Assembly (NCBI RefSeq): GCF_001194135.2
Contig: NC_068999.1
Span: 37,751,999-37,815,998 of the forward strand
Length of the DNA stretch: 64,000 bases
Reading direction: 5' to 3'
Source of the DNA: Octopus bimaculoides
Lineage: Eukaryota
The notes under the pieces are model-generated. The model was not told the origin of the DNA. It ran no database searches and was given only the letters and a program-made list of their open reading frames with translations. Position 1 is the first letter of the stretch, and every line of letters begins with the position of its first letter. Shown one piece after another: positions 44,886 to 57,086 of the stretch. Both the position numbers and the translations under genes were made by a program.

Positions 44886-45140
44886 CATTTTACTTACATT
44901 TTACTTCGTTTGCCAAGAATCGGTGGCCATACTGCAGCACCACCTTAGTGTCATTACGAATTTATTTCATTTCACTCACACAGAATTTTTCATCCAGGTT
45001 CGGTTCTTTTGAAGTTGTGAGTTGGCTGAATCTGCCCGTATTTGAGTTTCTTGTCCTGATGCGGGTTCATCTGGTGTCTCTGACCAAAATTCAACACTCT
45101 TCTAGAATTTGTCAGACTCATGCATCGGATTACGTTTGCT
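44886..45140 (-). mobile_element. CR1-like LINE 3' end (ORF2 terminus, 3' UTR and tail)
   Basis: Minus frame FWSETPDEPASGQETQIRADSANSQ (PDEP...RA..NS motif), followed by GGTGGTGCTGCAGTATGGCCAC and an AAGTAAAA-type tail. Confidence 0.7.
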
Positions 45141-45232
45141 TTTTGTTAGTAGCGTATGACGTAATTAATGTCGGATCTATAATTCTCTCTCTCTTTCTCT
45201 CCCCCACTCTCTCAGTATGGGTGCGAACGTAT

Positions 45233-45283
<51 letters not shown>

Positions 45284-45741
45284 GTTAACGGCTCTCTATC
45301 AAGCGAACAAATATCAGGCTTTTGAGTGTAATATCACTCACTTCGCAATATGTCTTCCATGATCTCACTCTCTCTCTTTCTCTCCCGCCATCTCTCTCTN
45401 NNNNNNNNNNNNNNNNNNNNNNNNNNNNNNNNNNNNNNNNNNNNNNNNNNNNNNNNNNNNNNNNNNNNNNNNNNNNNNNNNNNNNNNNNNNNNNNNNNNN
45501 NNNNNNNNNNNNNNNNNNNNNNNNNNNNNNNNNNNNNNNNNNNNNNNNNNNNNNNNNNNNNNNNNNNNNNNNNNNNNNNNNNNNNNNNNNNNNNNNNNNN
45601 NNNNNNNNNNNNNNNNNNNNNNNNNNNNNNNNNNNNNNNNNNNNNNNNNNNNNNNNNNNNNNNNNNNNNNNNNNNNNNNNNNNNNNNNNNNNNNNNNNNN
45701 NNNNNNNNNNNNNNNNNNNNNNNNNNNNNNNNNNNNNNNNN

Positions 45742-45742
45742 N

Positions 45743-45785
<43 letters not shown>

Positions 45786-46245
45786 CTATGTGCATATATA
45801 CGCGTTTGTACATATCTATATCAACTTATCTATCTATCTGTCTGTCTATCTATCTACCTCTATGTGTGAGTGTAAGTGTGTGTGTCTGCGCGCGGACACA
45901 CACACACATACAAACACACACACACACACATACAAACACACAAACACATAGAAACACACACACACACATAGAAACACACACACACACATACAAACACACA
46001 CACATTTATATGTATGAAATCATTCCATTATATACTATCATGTAAAGCTGAGATTTTACCAACCATAAGAAAAAAAAAACGCATAAAAAAACAAATTCTA
46101 AAATAACTTAAGATTTCACAAAAAAGAGGGTTGCAAAAGTTATTTACTGACATGTTACATTTTCAATGCAAGAATATATTGTATGAATTAAAATAACGAT
46201 AACGGGCATTTAATATAATGGATCCTGTAAGTAAATATATGTATA

Positions 46246-46280
<35 letters not shown>

Positions 46281-46334
46281 NNNNNNNNNNNNNNNNNNNN
46301 NNNNNNNNNNNNNNNNNNNNNNNNNNNNNNNCAC

Positions 46335-46383
<49 letters not shown>

Positions 46384-46976
46384 AGTGGAGGAGATCGAGG
46401 CTTCTCATTGGCAATGCATTGTTAATAGACTTGCATTGACGATAATAATTCTTGTTAAACAGTGAACTTCTAGCTGAAGTTTAACGGAAGTTTAAGAGTG
46501 GCTGTGATAGATATGTTATTGGCAACGAATACAGAAGCGAATGAAAAGACACGGCAATCTGGACAGGACAACCTTAATAATAAAATACGGTCTGTGTGTG
46601 AGAGTGCCTGTGTGTTATTGTGCGCGTGTATGTGTGTGTATTTGTATGCATGTAAGGATGTGTAAAGACGTGAGTACGTATGTGGGTATGCAAGGACGTG
46701 AGTAACCCTCTCTTTTTGTGAAATCTTAAGTTATTTTAGAATTTGTATTTTTATGCGTTTTTTTTTAATGGTCGGTAAAATCTCAGCTTTACATGACAGT
46801 ATACAATGGAATGATTTCATACATATAAATGTGTGTGTGTGTGCATGTGTGTGTGTATGTGTGTGTCCGCGCGCAGACACACACACTTACACTCACACAT
46901 AGAGGTAGATAGAAAGACAGACAGATAGATAGATAATTTGATATAGTTACGTACAAACGTCTGTATATGCACACAG

Positions 46977-47020
<44 letters not shown>
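45742..47020. repeat. Long inverted repeat, arms 45742-46132 and 46704-47020, about 570-bp spacer
   Basis: Both unique (~130 bp) and microsatellite-containing parts are reverse complements, roughly 90% identical by eye. Confidence 0.9.
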
Positions 47021-47021
<1 letters not shown>

Positions 47022-47568
47022 CATACACGCACATATAAATATATATTTATTTAATATGTGAGTACGTAAGGATGTGGGTACGTGAGAACACACACATATA
47101 TCTGTATTATACCTGTCTTTCTTTCTCTCTCTGTTTCTCTCTCCTTAAACTCACACATATGCATCTACGTGAGACCGACTCATCTCTCAAATGAGCCACT
47201 ATGAAAAGCAGTTCTTTCAGAGGACATGCGCAACGGTTGCCTGACGAACGAAATTATAATGTCCGAAATCTATTCCATGTTGTAACGAACAGCCTTACAC
47301 AGCAGTTTGTTCAATGATTTATGTATCTCTTGAAAACGTCTTTTTACACCTAAAAGTATAAGATTAATATTTCAAATAACTACATTTATTATTTCCGTTG
47401 GAAACTGTCATCACTTTTACTATAACTCCATCGCATATTTGCTTCATGAATAAGAAATATCTGTCAATATTGAAGAACAACGTTTGACTAAATACGATTT
47501 CGTTTCCCAAATTCCAGTTTGATTACATGTTCGTCTGATATTCTTGTACATTCAATGTACTGGTTGCA

Positions 47569-47710
47569 TTTGTACACTTCCCGTTGTACACTTCCCGTTG
47601 TACACTACCCGTTGTACACTTCCGGTTGTACACTTCCTGTTCCCTTGTCTTCTTTGTACACTTCAGTCACAAATAGCAGTCACTTGTTTTGTATGTACAC
47701 TTCCTGCTCA
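47569..47710. repeat. 14-bp minisatellite (GTTGTACACTTCCC), 5 units plus dispersed partial units
   Basis: Units start at 47569, 47583, 47597, 47611 and 47625. Confidence 0.9.
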
Positions 47711-48833
47711 TTTGTTTCGTTTATGCTCCTGTTGTACAAACGTTTCGTTTGGACGCTTCAGATAGCTACGCTATGCTAAAAATCTTGATCATTTGACTCA
47801 TAAGAAATAGGAATCAACCGCCCTCAATACACAACTCACTACTTTAGAAAAATATGCAATGAATTGTGTTGTCAAATACTTATTAATCAGAGCTAATCTG
47901 GTGATAAAACATCAAAGCGTCCTCATTAATCTGCTCTACACGAGACAATAGGAAGGCCTCTACATGGTCGCTCAGACAACTAGACATAACAACCAGGCTT
48001 CTTACCGTCTCAACGATGAGCGCTCATATTCGACCACATACTACTAGATAAACAAAACGACGTAGCAGTCACGGCTGAAACGTCTTTGTTTATACATCTG
48101 ATCAATCAGATCTAGTAGCGTCGGGAGAGAAAAGAAAGAATCAAGATGTAAACACCAACCCACTTCTTATATCAGAGATCCTTCTTCCACCATGCTTTCT
48201 GTCTGTGAATAAACTGACTGAACGGTCGTCGATTCTGATATGTCAAATAGCAGTCACCGTTTAATTATTTATATATTCAGAATAGAGTTTAACATTCGGA
48301 AGTTTTCAAAGCTAATGCACTTCCTGGCCTTTCTAAGAAAAATCAGTATTTCTGCTTTTTGAATATTATATATATGAGTATGTATGTATATCCGTACATA
48401 TCTCTGCTTGTTTTTCTTTTTATTCCAGTTTTTCTTTATATGTACTTCGAGTCAGGAATAAACATGATAATTTAAGCAACTGTTAGAGGAATGTACGTAA
48501 ATGGGAGCAAAATTGGCAAGAATTGCTACGATTATTAATAGAGATTCTTAGCTTCTCTTTGAAAATAATACTTTGAAACGTGGCCAGCTAACGTCCATGT
48601 TTCTTGGGATAAATTTGTTATTATGTAATAGCATCCGTGTTAAAAGGAATTGGTAATATCATTAGACACAGTCGGACATCGGAAGCTGGACCGCTGTTTG
48701 CCGGACGCAAACAGCAGACATCTTGTTTTGACGTTGGCTTCACTTTCTTAGTGGAGAATTAATGGAAGAATGGTTAAGTGAATGTAAGAGATAGAACAGT
48801 AGATATAGAGATGGAAATAAAATGGAGACGAAA

Positions 48834-48941
<108 letters not shown>

Positions 48942-49357
48942 AGAAGGAGAAAGAAAGATATTCAATATATGAATGTTCGTGTGAGAGCGAAAAGCAGACA
49001 TAGAATATTTTCACTATATATGTGTGTGTGTATGTATATATGTATATATACATGTATATTTATGAATGTACGTATGTATTATCTATCTCTCTATATATGC
49101 ATATTTGTGTGTGATTCTATGTGCATGTATTTGTGTGTGTCTGCGTGTCGTTTTGTGTGTGTGTGTGTGTGTAAGGGGGAAAGGAAAGGAGGCAGGCAGC
49201 GTTAGAAATGCGAATTGTTTCAATTGATTTTTTCCAGTATTATGAAATAGAAGAAAGTTATGATTCTTTAAGACTCTTGAGAATACAGTAATGCAGACCG
49301 AATCGGTGCAGCGTGGTTTCTCATAATATTCCCTATATTTATTCTCTTTTCTATTAG

Positions 49358-49402
49358 TAAAGCATTGAAGTTATATAACAATATCGCACTGAAGACTAAT
49401 CG
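49358..49402 (+). CDS. Candidate 45-nt exon (phase 2-2)
   Basis: Acceptor tttattctcttttctattag and donor TCG|gtgagt. The only open frame, KALKLYNNIALKTN(R), is symmetric. Confidence 0.3.
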
Positions 49403-49467
49403 GTGAGTCATCTTCACTGAATATAGCCTCATATTAATAGAAGCATTCAAACATACGTATACACACA

Positions 49468-49508
<41 letters not shown>

Positions 49509-50000
49509 GCATATGCTCAAGAACATGGACGCATACACAGCTACACATTCATACATGCGTATATGTGTGTGTGTATAGAAAAGCATATGGAAGTCACGAT
49601 AAACAGAAGATTATATCATTTTTTCCTCACGTACGTTTCAATATTGAGTTGAGAGGTAAATACACCGATTTCGAAACTCAGATATAAAAAAAGTTTTACG
49701 TTATTATTATCGAATAATGATCCGACCTCACGGGTCAGATTATGAAATATTAGAGGGGAGGAGATAGAAATACGCAGAAGTTGTAAAATGGAAAAGACAC
49801 ACTCACACAAAAGAAAAAAAATATATATATATAAATACACATGGCAAGCAGAACTATTAAGTGGTCTCAGTTGACAGCGGTTAATATATGAAAGAAGTTA
49901 AAAAGTAAGCAGAAAACTTGTCAATACGTCATAGAAGAGTTTTAATCTCTACGGTTTATCGTTGTATCAGTGAAACATTGAAAAGAAATTTGCTACATAG

Positions 50001-50340
50001 GTGCAGGTGTGGCTGTGTGGTAAGAAATCTGCTTCCCAACCACACAGCCCCGGGTTCAGTTTCGTTGCAGCGCGATCGTAGGTTCGAATCTCAGACAGGG
50101 CGATGTGTATGTGTTTATGAGCGAAACACCTAAGCTCCACCTGGCACCAGCAGAAGGTAATGACGAACGTTTGCTGACACTTTCGCCACAACTTTCTCTC
50201 ACTTTTTCCTCCTGCATCTAGCAGCTCACCTGCGACGGACCGGCGTCCTATACAGGTGGGGGACCTATACGCCAATGAAACCGAGAAACCGGCCCTTATG
50301 AGCTAGGCATGGCTCGAGAACAAACAAAGAACAAAACAAT
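50001..50340 (+). mobile_element. Composite SINE: family A head (50001 to ~50075) fused to the B-box and body of another SINE family (D), with (CAA)-rich tail
   Basis: GTGCAGGTGTGGCTGTGTGGTAAG...CCCGGGTTCAG matches the family A head. The sequence then switches to GGTTCGAATC (50081)...GGCATGGCTCGAGAACAAACAAAGAACAAAACAA. Confidence 0.65.
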
Positions 50341-50657
50341 GTAAAGCTGCAGATCCCGAAAAGGCGCAGAGTATATTCCAGTTGTTATAATTAGTTTTCA
50401 AAATGGAACAAACAAAATTCAATCAAAAAGCAAAGTACGTTCCATACAAAGTAAATACATTAGGAAATTTAAAATTACAAATATATAAATTGTATTGTAA
50501 CGCGTATGTGTTTGTGTATATACGCGTATGTATGTGCGTGTGTATGTATATATGTATGTATGTATGTATGTATGTACGTATGTATGTATATTATATGTAA
50601 GCAGAAAACTGTATTATGGCCTGGTGTTACCTGGTTATTTAATGCCAGGAGAACCGA

Positions 50658-50737
50658 ATCTAGCATTCATCAGAAATAGCTGAATGCAATAGTATTGCCT
50701 AACTATTCCATTCAGCCATTTCTAAAGATTACTAGAT
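50658..50737 (-). ncRNA. Candidate microRNA precursor hairpin
   Basis: 36-bp symmetric stem with an 8-nt loop; 33 of 36 positions pair on the minus strand, counting three G-U pairs. Structure only, no expression evidence. Confidence 0.35.
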
Positions 50738-50861
50738 ATGGATTTCTATATTTGGCACATTTACCAATTTAGCTATCATGTGATATTTTTCAGTTTGATA
50801 CTAAATAATAATAACCCTTTCTACGTACGTCAATACTAATAAATTACAGGTGCTTGGAGAA

Positions 50862-50982
50862 GGCGCGTGGTTGAGTGGTAGGGCATCCGTCTTTTAACGT
50901 CGTGGGTCCGATGCCGGGTGACGCATTGTGTCCTGCAAGACGCTCTATTTCTCGGTGCTCCAGTTCACTGAGCTGGTAAAAA
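50862..50982 (+). mobile_element. tRNA-derived SINE head (family C), 3'-truncated
   Basis: A-box-like TGGTTGAGTGG and degenerate B-box GGTCCGATGCC, followed by the non-tRNA body TTGTGTCCTGCAAGACGCTCTATTTC...CAGTTCACTGAGCTGG. Confidence 0.6.
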
Positions 50983-51324
50983 AGAAATTTAATAAACACA
51001 ATATATGTATAATATATATATTTTTATGAGCTACTAATAGTTTCCAGCGATGAACACTTCTCAGACAGCATTTTTAACGCGTCTGGTGTCTTTACGTAAT
51101 CATCATACATCAGACGTGTTACAAAAATACTGTCTGAGCTGTTTTCATCGCATAAAACTAATAGCAGCTCATATACCTTGTGTTTATTAAATAATATTTA
51201 CCATCACGGAACAGCGATGGTAAATATATATTCATATATATTAATACACACACGCACACACACACACACACACACACATACACACACACACACACACACA
51301 AACACACAACTATATAAACATTTG

Positions 51325-51724
51325 GGTGCAAGTGTATCTCTGTGGTAAAGCATTTGCTTCCCAATCGAATTATTCCAGGCTCGGCTCCGCTGCTGTGTGG
51401 CACCTTTGGCAGATGTTTTCTACTCAAGATCCAGGCTAACCAAAGCCTTGTAAGTGGATTTGCTAGACGGAAACTGAAAGAAGCCCATCAGTATTCATAT
51501 ATATCTATGCGAATGCAAATTTGTGTTTTTCCTCCGCTATCACTTAACAAGGTTGTTGGTTTGTTTATGTGTTAACAACTTTGCAGTTCGCCAAGAAGAT
51601 ACCGAACGAATAAGTACAATTTTTAGGAAAAAAAGTACTGAGGTCAATTTATTCGATTAAACCCTGCAAAGATGTGCCCAAGCAGGCCGCTGTCTAATGA
51701 GTGAAACAAGTAATGGATAAAAGA
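51325..51724 (+). mobile_element. SINE family A, full length, diverged
   Basis: Head GGTGCAAG...GTGGTAAAG, body CCAAAGCCTTGT...GGAAACTGAAAGAAGCCC and tail GTGAAACAAGTAA align with 1-320. Confidence 0.8.
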
Positions 51725-52353
51725 TATCGATACACATATATATATACGTCATCTGATGTGAAGGAAAGAGAACTATTCTTGTCGGACTCAGTCTTGTAAT
51801 ATATAGAAAGGCGGTGACCATGCTGGGGCACCTATATCTATCTATATGTGTGTATATGGGTGTCTGTGTGTGAGTCCGGTTTCATGCTTCAAATAGCTGC
51901 AACTATTATAATTTGTTACGCCTTCTGTACTAGTTATATATGTGTAGCGATGATGAACGAACAAAATATGTTCAGAACTCACTACACAACAAATTGCTTT
52001 CTAAACTGCATTTGAACGCGTTTCAAATCCAACTTAAAGCCAGTTTGATCCTCCTACCATCACTGGTTGATAGAAACCAGAGAAAGCACCATATGAAACT
52101 TCTATGATACCACTGCCAGCCTTTGATAAATTTCTGGTCTTTTACCAAAGTGAGTTAACAATTTTCAGGCAATACTATTCTAAGCCAATCCAATTTGGCC
52201 GTTGAATTAGAATTTTCCCGCTGGTTACCTGGAAAATACGACGAAGAGAAAAGCTCATTAAGACAGAATTATTTGGTACATTACTCAAGCGTGCCGCTGG
52301 GATGCTTCATGCTTATATGTGTGTGCGTATGCATATATCACTCTCTCACTCTC

Positions 52354-52434
<81 letters not shown>

Positions 52435-52657
52435 TTATCTAATGCGAAAATAATATTGTTGCAATTTTTCTTACAGGATCGATAAAATATGCAGCACCAA
52501 TGCATAGCACTGAAGTGCAAATTCAATTGATTTCACGTGCATTATAAAGTTAGAAAGCGAAGTTTCCTGTATGTAAATATACACATACCTACGTGCAAAT
52601 ATATATATATACATACACAGACGGCCATACAGATACACAAATACACACATGCATATG

Positions 52658-52735
<78 letters not shown>

Positions 52736-53140
52736 CGGATATGTACATGTATATATATATATATATACACAGGCATATATATGTATATTTGTACATATGC
52801 ATATATGTATATATGAAAGTAAGCCTGTAAGTGTGTAGGTAGGTAGGTATACGTATGGATATACACATCAAGTAGAGCTTTTTATTATATTTATATATTA
52901 TAGATTTAAAACTTTGAATACTGACAGATGTGCTGGAGCTTTTTCCTTCCGATTTTCTCAAACCATTGATTAAAACGCATTAACTAATGCACACAGGTAA
53001 TAGTATCAGGATTGCATAGAGAAATAATTAAAAAAACTGGAAAGAACGTATGAGAAAACAGCGGCGTGCAGATTTACGTGAGGGCTCTGTCAGAAAATCA
53101 TTGGTATAGTGAAGTAATGCAATAGATATTTCCTCATCTT

Positions 53141-53202
<62 letters not shown>

Positions 53203-54551
53203 ATAAATGCATGTAAGCGAGTATGTGTATGTTCATGTGTGTGTATGTGTGTAAGTGTGTGTGCATATAAGTATATGTATATATATGTGTACCTACACAT
53301 GCATGTAAGTGTATGTATATATATATATACTGTGAAAACTATAAGGGTAGAAAATTTATAAAAACTTTCATATCGGTGGTTAGCATGCGTATTAAAAGTC
53401 AATAGACAACATATTTTCATATATAAAAGTGTACAATATTTATACAGTACGGATGACAATTTATTTTATTTGTTCATTAATACACAAACTCGAGTTTGAG
53501 ATTAACTATAAATAATTGTTGTTTTCATTCTCTTATGAATTTCTTTTTTCGTGGTTTAGGTTTGGCTGCCCTCTCTAGCATGTAAGGGATACTATAAATA
53601 GTCACCTCTCTGTGTATAAATACTATACACTTTTATATTTATATGTATGTATGTATATATATATATACACATAGATATATTAAGATGACAAGCAACCCTA
53701 CCAAGCATGCTATGGAATACGATGAAGTGATGTCACTGCATGCACTTTATCGGAGTTTTCAGTCATGGTGATGACTTTTCCCTGCCAAAGTCATGTCTAA
53801 GCATTTGGGCGTAAATATAAAGAGCAAGTGATGGTGTCGTTTCGTCAGCATTAGCACATCATAACCTTGATTGGTCAATACACTCCTAACATCTAGAATA
53901 CATATAGTATTTGTCTGTTAAGTCCTGTTAATCTTCTGAAACATCCGATGTGATATAGTTCGTCCAACAAACCCACGATGTGAATCGAACTACTATTTAA
54001 TGAATATAGTAGCAGTAGTTGAAATACCATTGTGACATATCTTTACTCCTAAATGGGATTTCATTGTAGTTTACAAGGGTGAGAAAATTCTCGCTTCTTG
54101 TACAGGAAACTGTTGATACCACCACGTATCTCAAGGCATTCTACTGTTTCTTTTAATCCTCTGCCCTTCTGAAAACAAAACCGAAAATTTGTTTGATACG
54201 AAGCAAACCAACATATATTATGTGGCTAAAGTATGGTCACGTGCATTGTCCATGAAAATTAATCCCTGTTAATGATAGTTCTAGGATTATAGGCAGAAAA
54301 CATTCAGACCAGTTTAGATCTTAGTTTCAGAACACAGTGGCATGATGCTAATGGTTAGGATACATTTCACCCGTTCTTTCCTCCTTCATCTTCTCTAGAG
54401 CTCTATCGATCATCCATATTACCAGCAGTTCAATCCTTTGCTCATTTAGCTTGTCTCTCCACCATTCCATGAAATAATCCATCTCTCCACCTGACAAAGA
54501 GATCACATCATGTTTTATTCGTCGCTTCAATATTTCCTTCTCTCCAGGTCA

Positions 54552-54680
54552 GGTATGTAATTATCGACCAGAAAAGTATGAAAGACTAATTTGGATTCGG
54601 CGGGATTTGAACTCAGTGTGTAGAAATTCAGATAAAATACAGCAAGTATTTTACCTGACGCTCTAACGACTCTTCTAATA
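54552..54680 (-). mobile_element. SINE family B, degenerate
   Basis: TTATCGACCAGAAAAGTATGAAAG...GGCGGGATTTGAACTCAG...CTAACGACTC aligns with the 20.3 kb copy. Confidence 0.65.
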
Positions 54681-55946
54681 AGTATTGCATCTCTCATCCT
54701 TCCATGGGCAAAACTGATTAGGCTGTGATGCTTGATCGACGAGATGAGAACCAGACCAAAACATGTAAAAGGTTGTCTCTTGTACTTAACGAGAAAATTA
54801 AGCCAACACTAGAATCTGGCTGTTGTTCTCTTTCTCGCACCATACACTGATTTTTAGATAATTGTTAAGGGTACATAACATTATATATGTTAACACAAAG
54901 TTTCCACAGTTCTATATGTGAATGAATATATCATTAATACAATTCTGTTTCTTGGTGTAGAGTGAAGAAAATTGTGAGAACACAAGTCATTAGAAGCTAA
55001 CTTCTCCATTGCAACACCTTTCCAATTTGATTAGTATTCGTTTCGTAACAGGTTCCTGCAATTCAGATTATGTAACAATCGTGTATTTTGTTAAAGGAAT
55101 CTGATAATGCATTGAAACGAATCAAGCGGGAAATCAAAGCTGAGGTCTGCATTTCACTCGCCGAGAGGTCATTTCTCCAATCCAGTATTCCATATTGCTT
55201 TCCACGTTGCTTTTCACGTTTAATTATTCTTTTCCAATTTAATTAAGCCCATTTCTTGAAGTTGGCATATAGCTGAACTATGTAAATCAACTCTAGAAAT
55301 CCCAGATGAATTTGTAATCATGATACACAAGTTGTATTGTTAATTAAACATAACGTATACTGCAGTGCGAATAAATATTTTGAAACCAGCATTGAGTAAC
55401 GTTCACCAAATATACAACACAATTATGCAAAAGTATATATAATTCAACGTTTCTCATCGCCATGGATTACAAAATTAAATTTATGAGTATCACAGTTAAT
55501 ACATTTGAAGATCACACACACACACACTCACACACAACACACACAACATACACACACGCGGGTGCGCATATACACTGGTATATATATATATAAAAGAAAA
55601 AATGGGATTTAAAATCCCTGGCAGATACCAAGTAAGCTCTCAGTATAGAGGAATGAGATTAAATTTCCAACAAGTAAGATACCAGTAAATGTATGTAGAA
55701 TACAAATCCCAGCTAAATCCTCATGTATGACGGGTAAATCCAAGAATCCTTTTGTAGAATTTTAAACGATTCAGAGTATTAACAATAATCAATAATATGT
55801 AGAAAGTTATCTTTATTTAAAATTATTGCAGATGTTCAGTTACAATTTATCTAATCTGGATAACTTTGATAATGTTCTGCTGACAAATTTTCGTACATAT
55901 TATTATTAAATTTAGTAATATTTTGAATATTTGTGTGTCTCTTTGC

Positions 55947-56004
<58 letters not shown>

Positions 56005-56067
56005 AATATATATATAATCAAAATAAGCAACTGTATATCCTGTTGCTTATTTTCAACTGAATCTCAA

Positions 56068-56110
<43 letters not shown>

Positions 56111-56411
56111 AAAATATATAAATAGATTGATAGATAGAGAGATAAAGAGATAGATAGATAGATAGATAGATATGGATATAAATATAGATATATATGTAAA
56201 TGTTACTGCATTTGAAACAATTGTTGGCTTTTTAAGATTTATGTCTCTTAGACTGACTTTATTACCATTCACCAGACATGGTTCAGCAGCAAAATGTCAT
56301 CCTAGGTGTCGTGTTTCGGATGTAGAAAACTTTCGTTTCACAATATCCATTTTTTCTTCCGTTTTCCTTTCTTGAACCTGTAATCAGTGGTAGTTTAGCT
56401 GTTGTTTCTAG

Positions 56412-56514
56412 CATGTCGATAATACAAACCAATTAGATGGTTTCACATTGTACGCCGACTTTTGGGAAAGCAACAACTCATATTGCATCATGGAGATTAA
56501 AGTTCACAGTTCAG
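56412..56514 (+). CDS. Candidate coding exon (103 nt phase 0-1, or 78 nt phase 1-1 from 56437)
   Basis: Acceptor ctgttgtttctag and donor CAG|gtaaga. Open frame HVDNTNQLDGFTLYADFWESNNSYCIMEIKVHSS(G). No homolog securely recognised. Confidence 0.35.
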
Positions 56515-57003
56515 GTAAGAGTCTGTTCACACACCATGAATAAAAATTCTAGCGACGCAAACCTACTTCTAATTCTATGAACCATACCACGATTCTAGAA
56601 TAGTCTTTCAAATCAATGAATGTTGGTGCTGACAATAAGGTCTCAGATTTATGATTAAATTTATGCTTCAAAAGTCTCAAATTCCAACTGATATACTGAA
56701 ATAAATATCAGATAATGGCAAGGTTAATGATAAATTCTTTGTCAGAATGGTTATGATGTAGTTACTTCTATTGTTACATTGCTTTCAGAAACTAATGTTC
56801 GTCTCTTCTATACTTTTATTTAACTACCAAACTAAATACCTACCTACCTACCTACCTACCTACCTACCTACCTACCTACCTACCTACCTACCTACCTACC
56901 TACCTACCTACCTACCTACTTAGGAACCCATGCACCTATTTGTATACCTACCAAATTATCTCTTCACTGACACAACTATCGGAAATTAGTATCTATCCAC
57001 CTC

Positions 57004-57086
<83 letters not shown>

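Noticed and set aside
47241-47290. CTGACGA...GAAA motif
   Set aside because: Stem II does not close and no stem I pairs adjacent to the core.
48693-48715. Perfect 9-bp GC-rich hairpin GCTGTTTGC/GCAAACAGC (possible Helitron 3' end)
   Set aside because: No CTRR terminus at the expected distance on either strand.
50620-50674. Minus-strand CTGATGA plus a 7-bp stem followed by TAAA
   Set aside because: G12 is replaced and no stem III/UH is present. It overlaps the miRNA-like hairpin.
50862-50930. tRNA-like sequence
   Set aside because: No complete cloverleaf or terminator, and it continues into a SINE body.
54348-54530. 60-aa minus-strand ORF in unique sequence
   Set aside because: No recognisable motif or splice support. 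Possibly a TE remnant.
54529-54559. Strong acceptor followed by a 5-nt GTCAG and a GTATGT donor (recursive or micro-exon site)
   Set aside because: The donor is part of the degenerate SINE B end, so probably coincidental.
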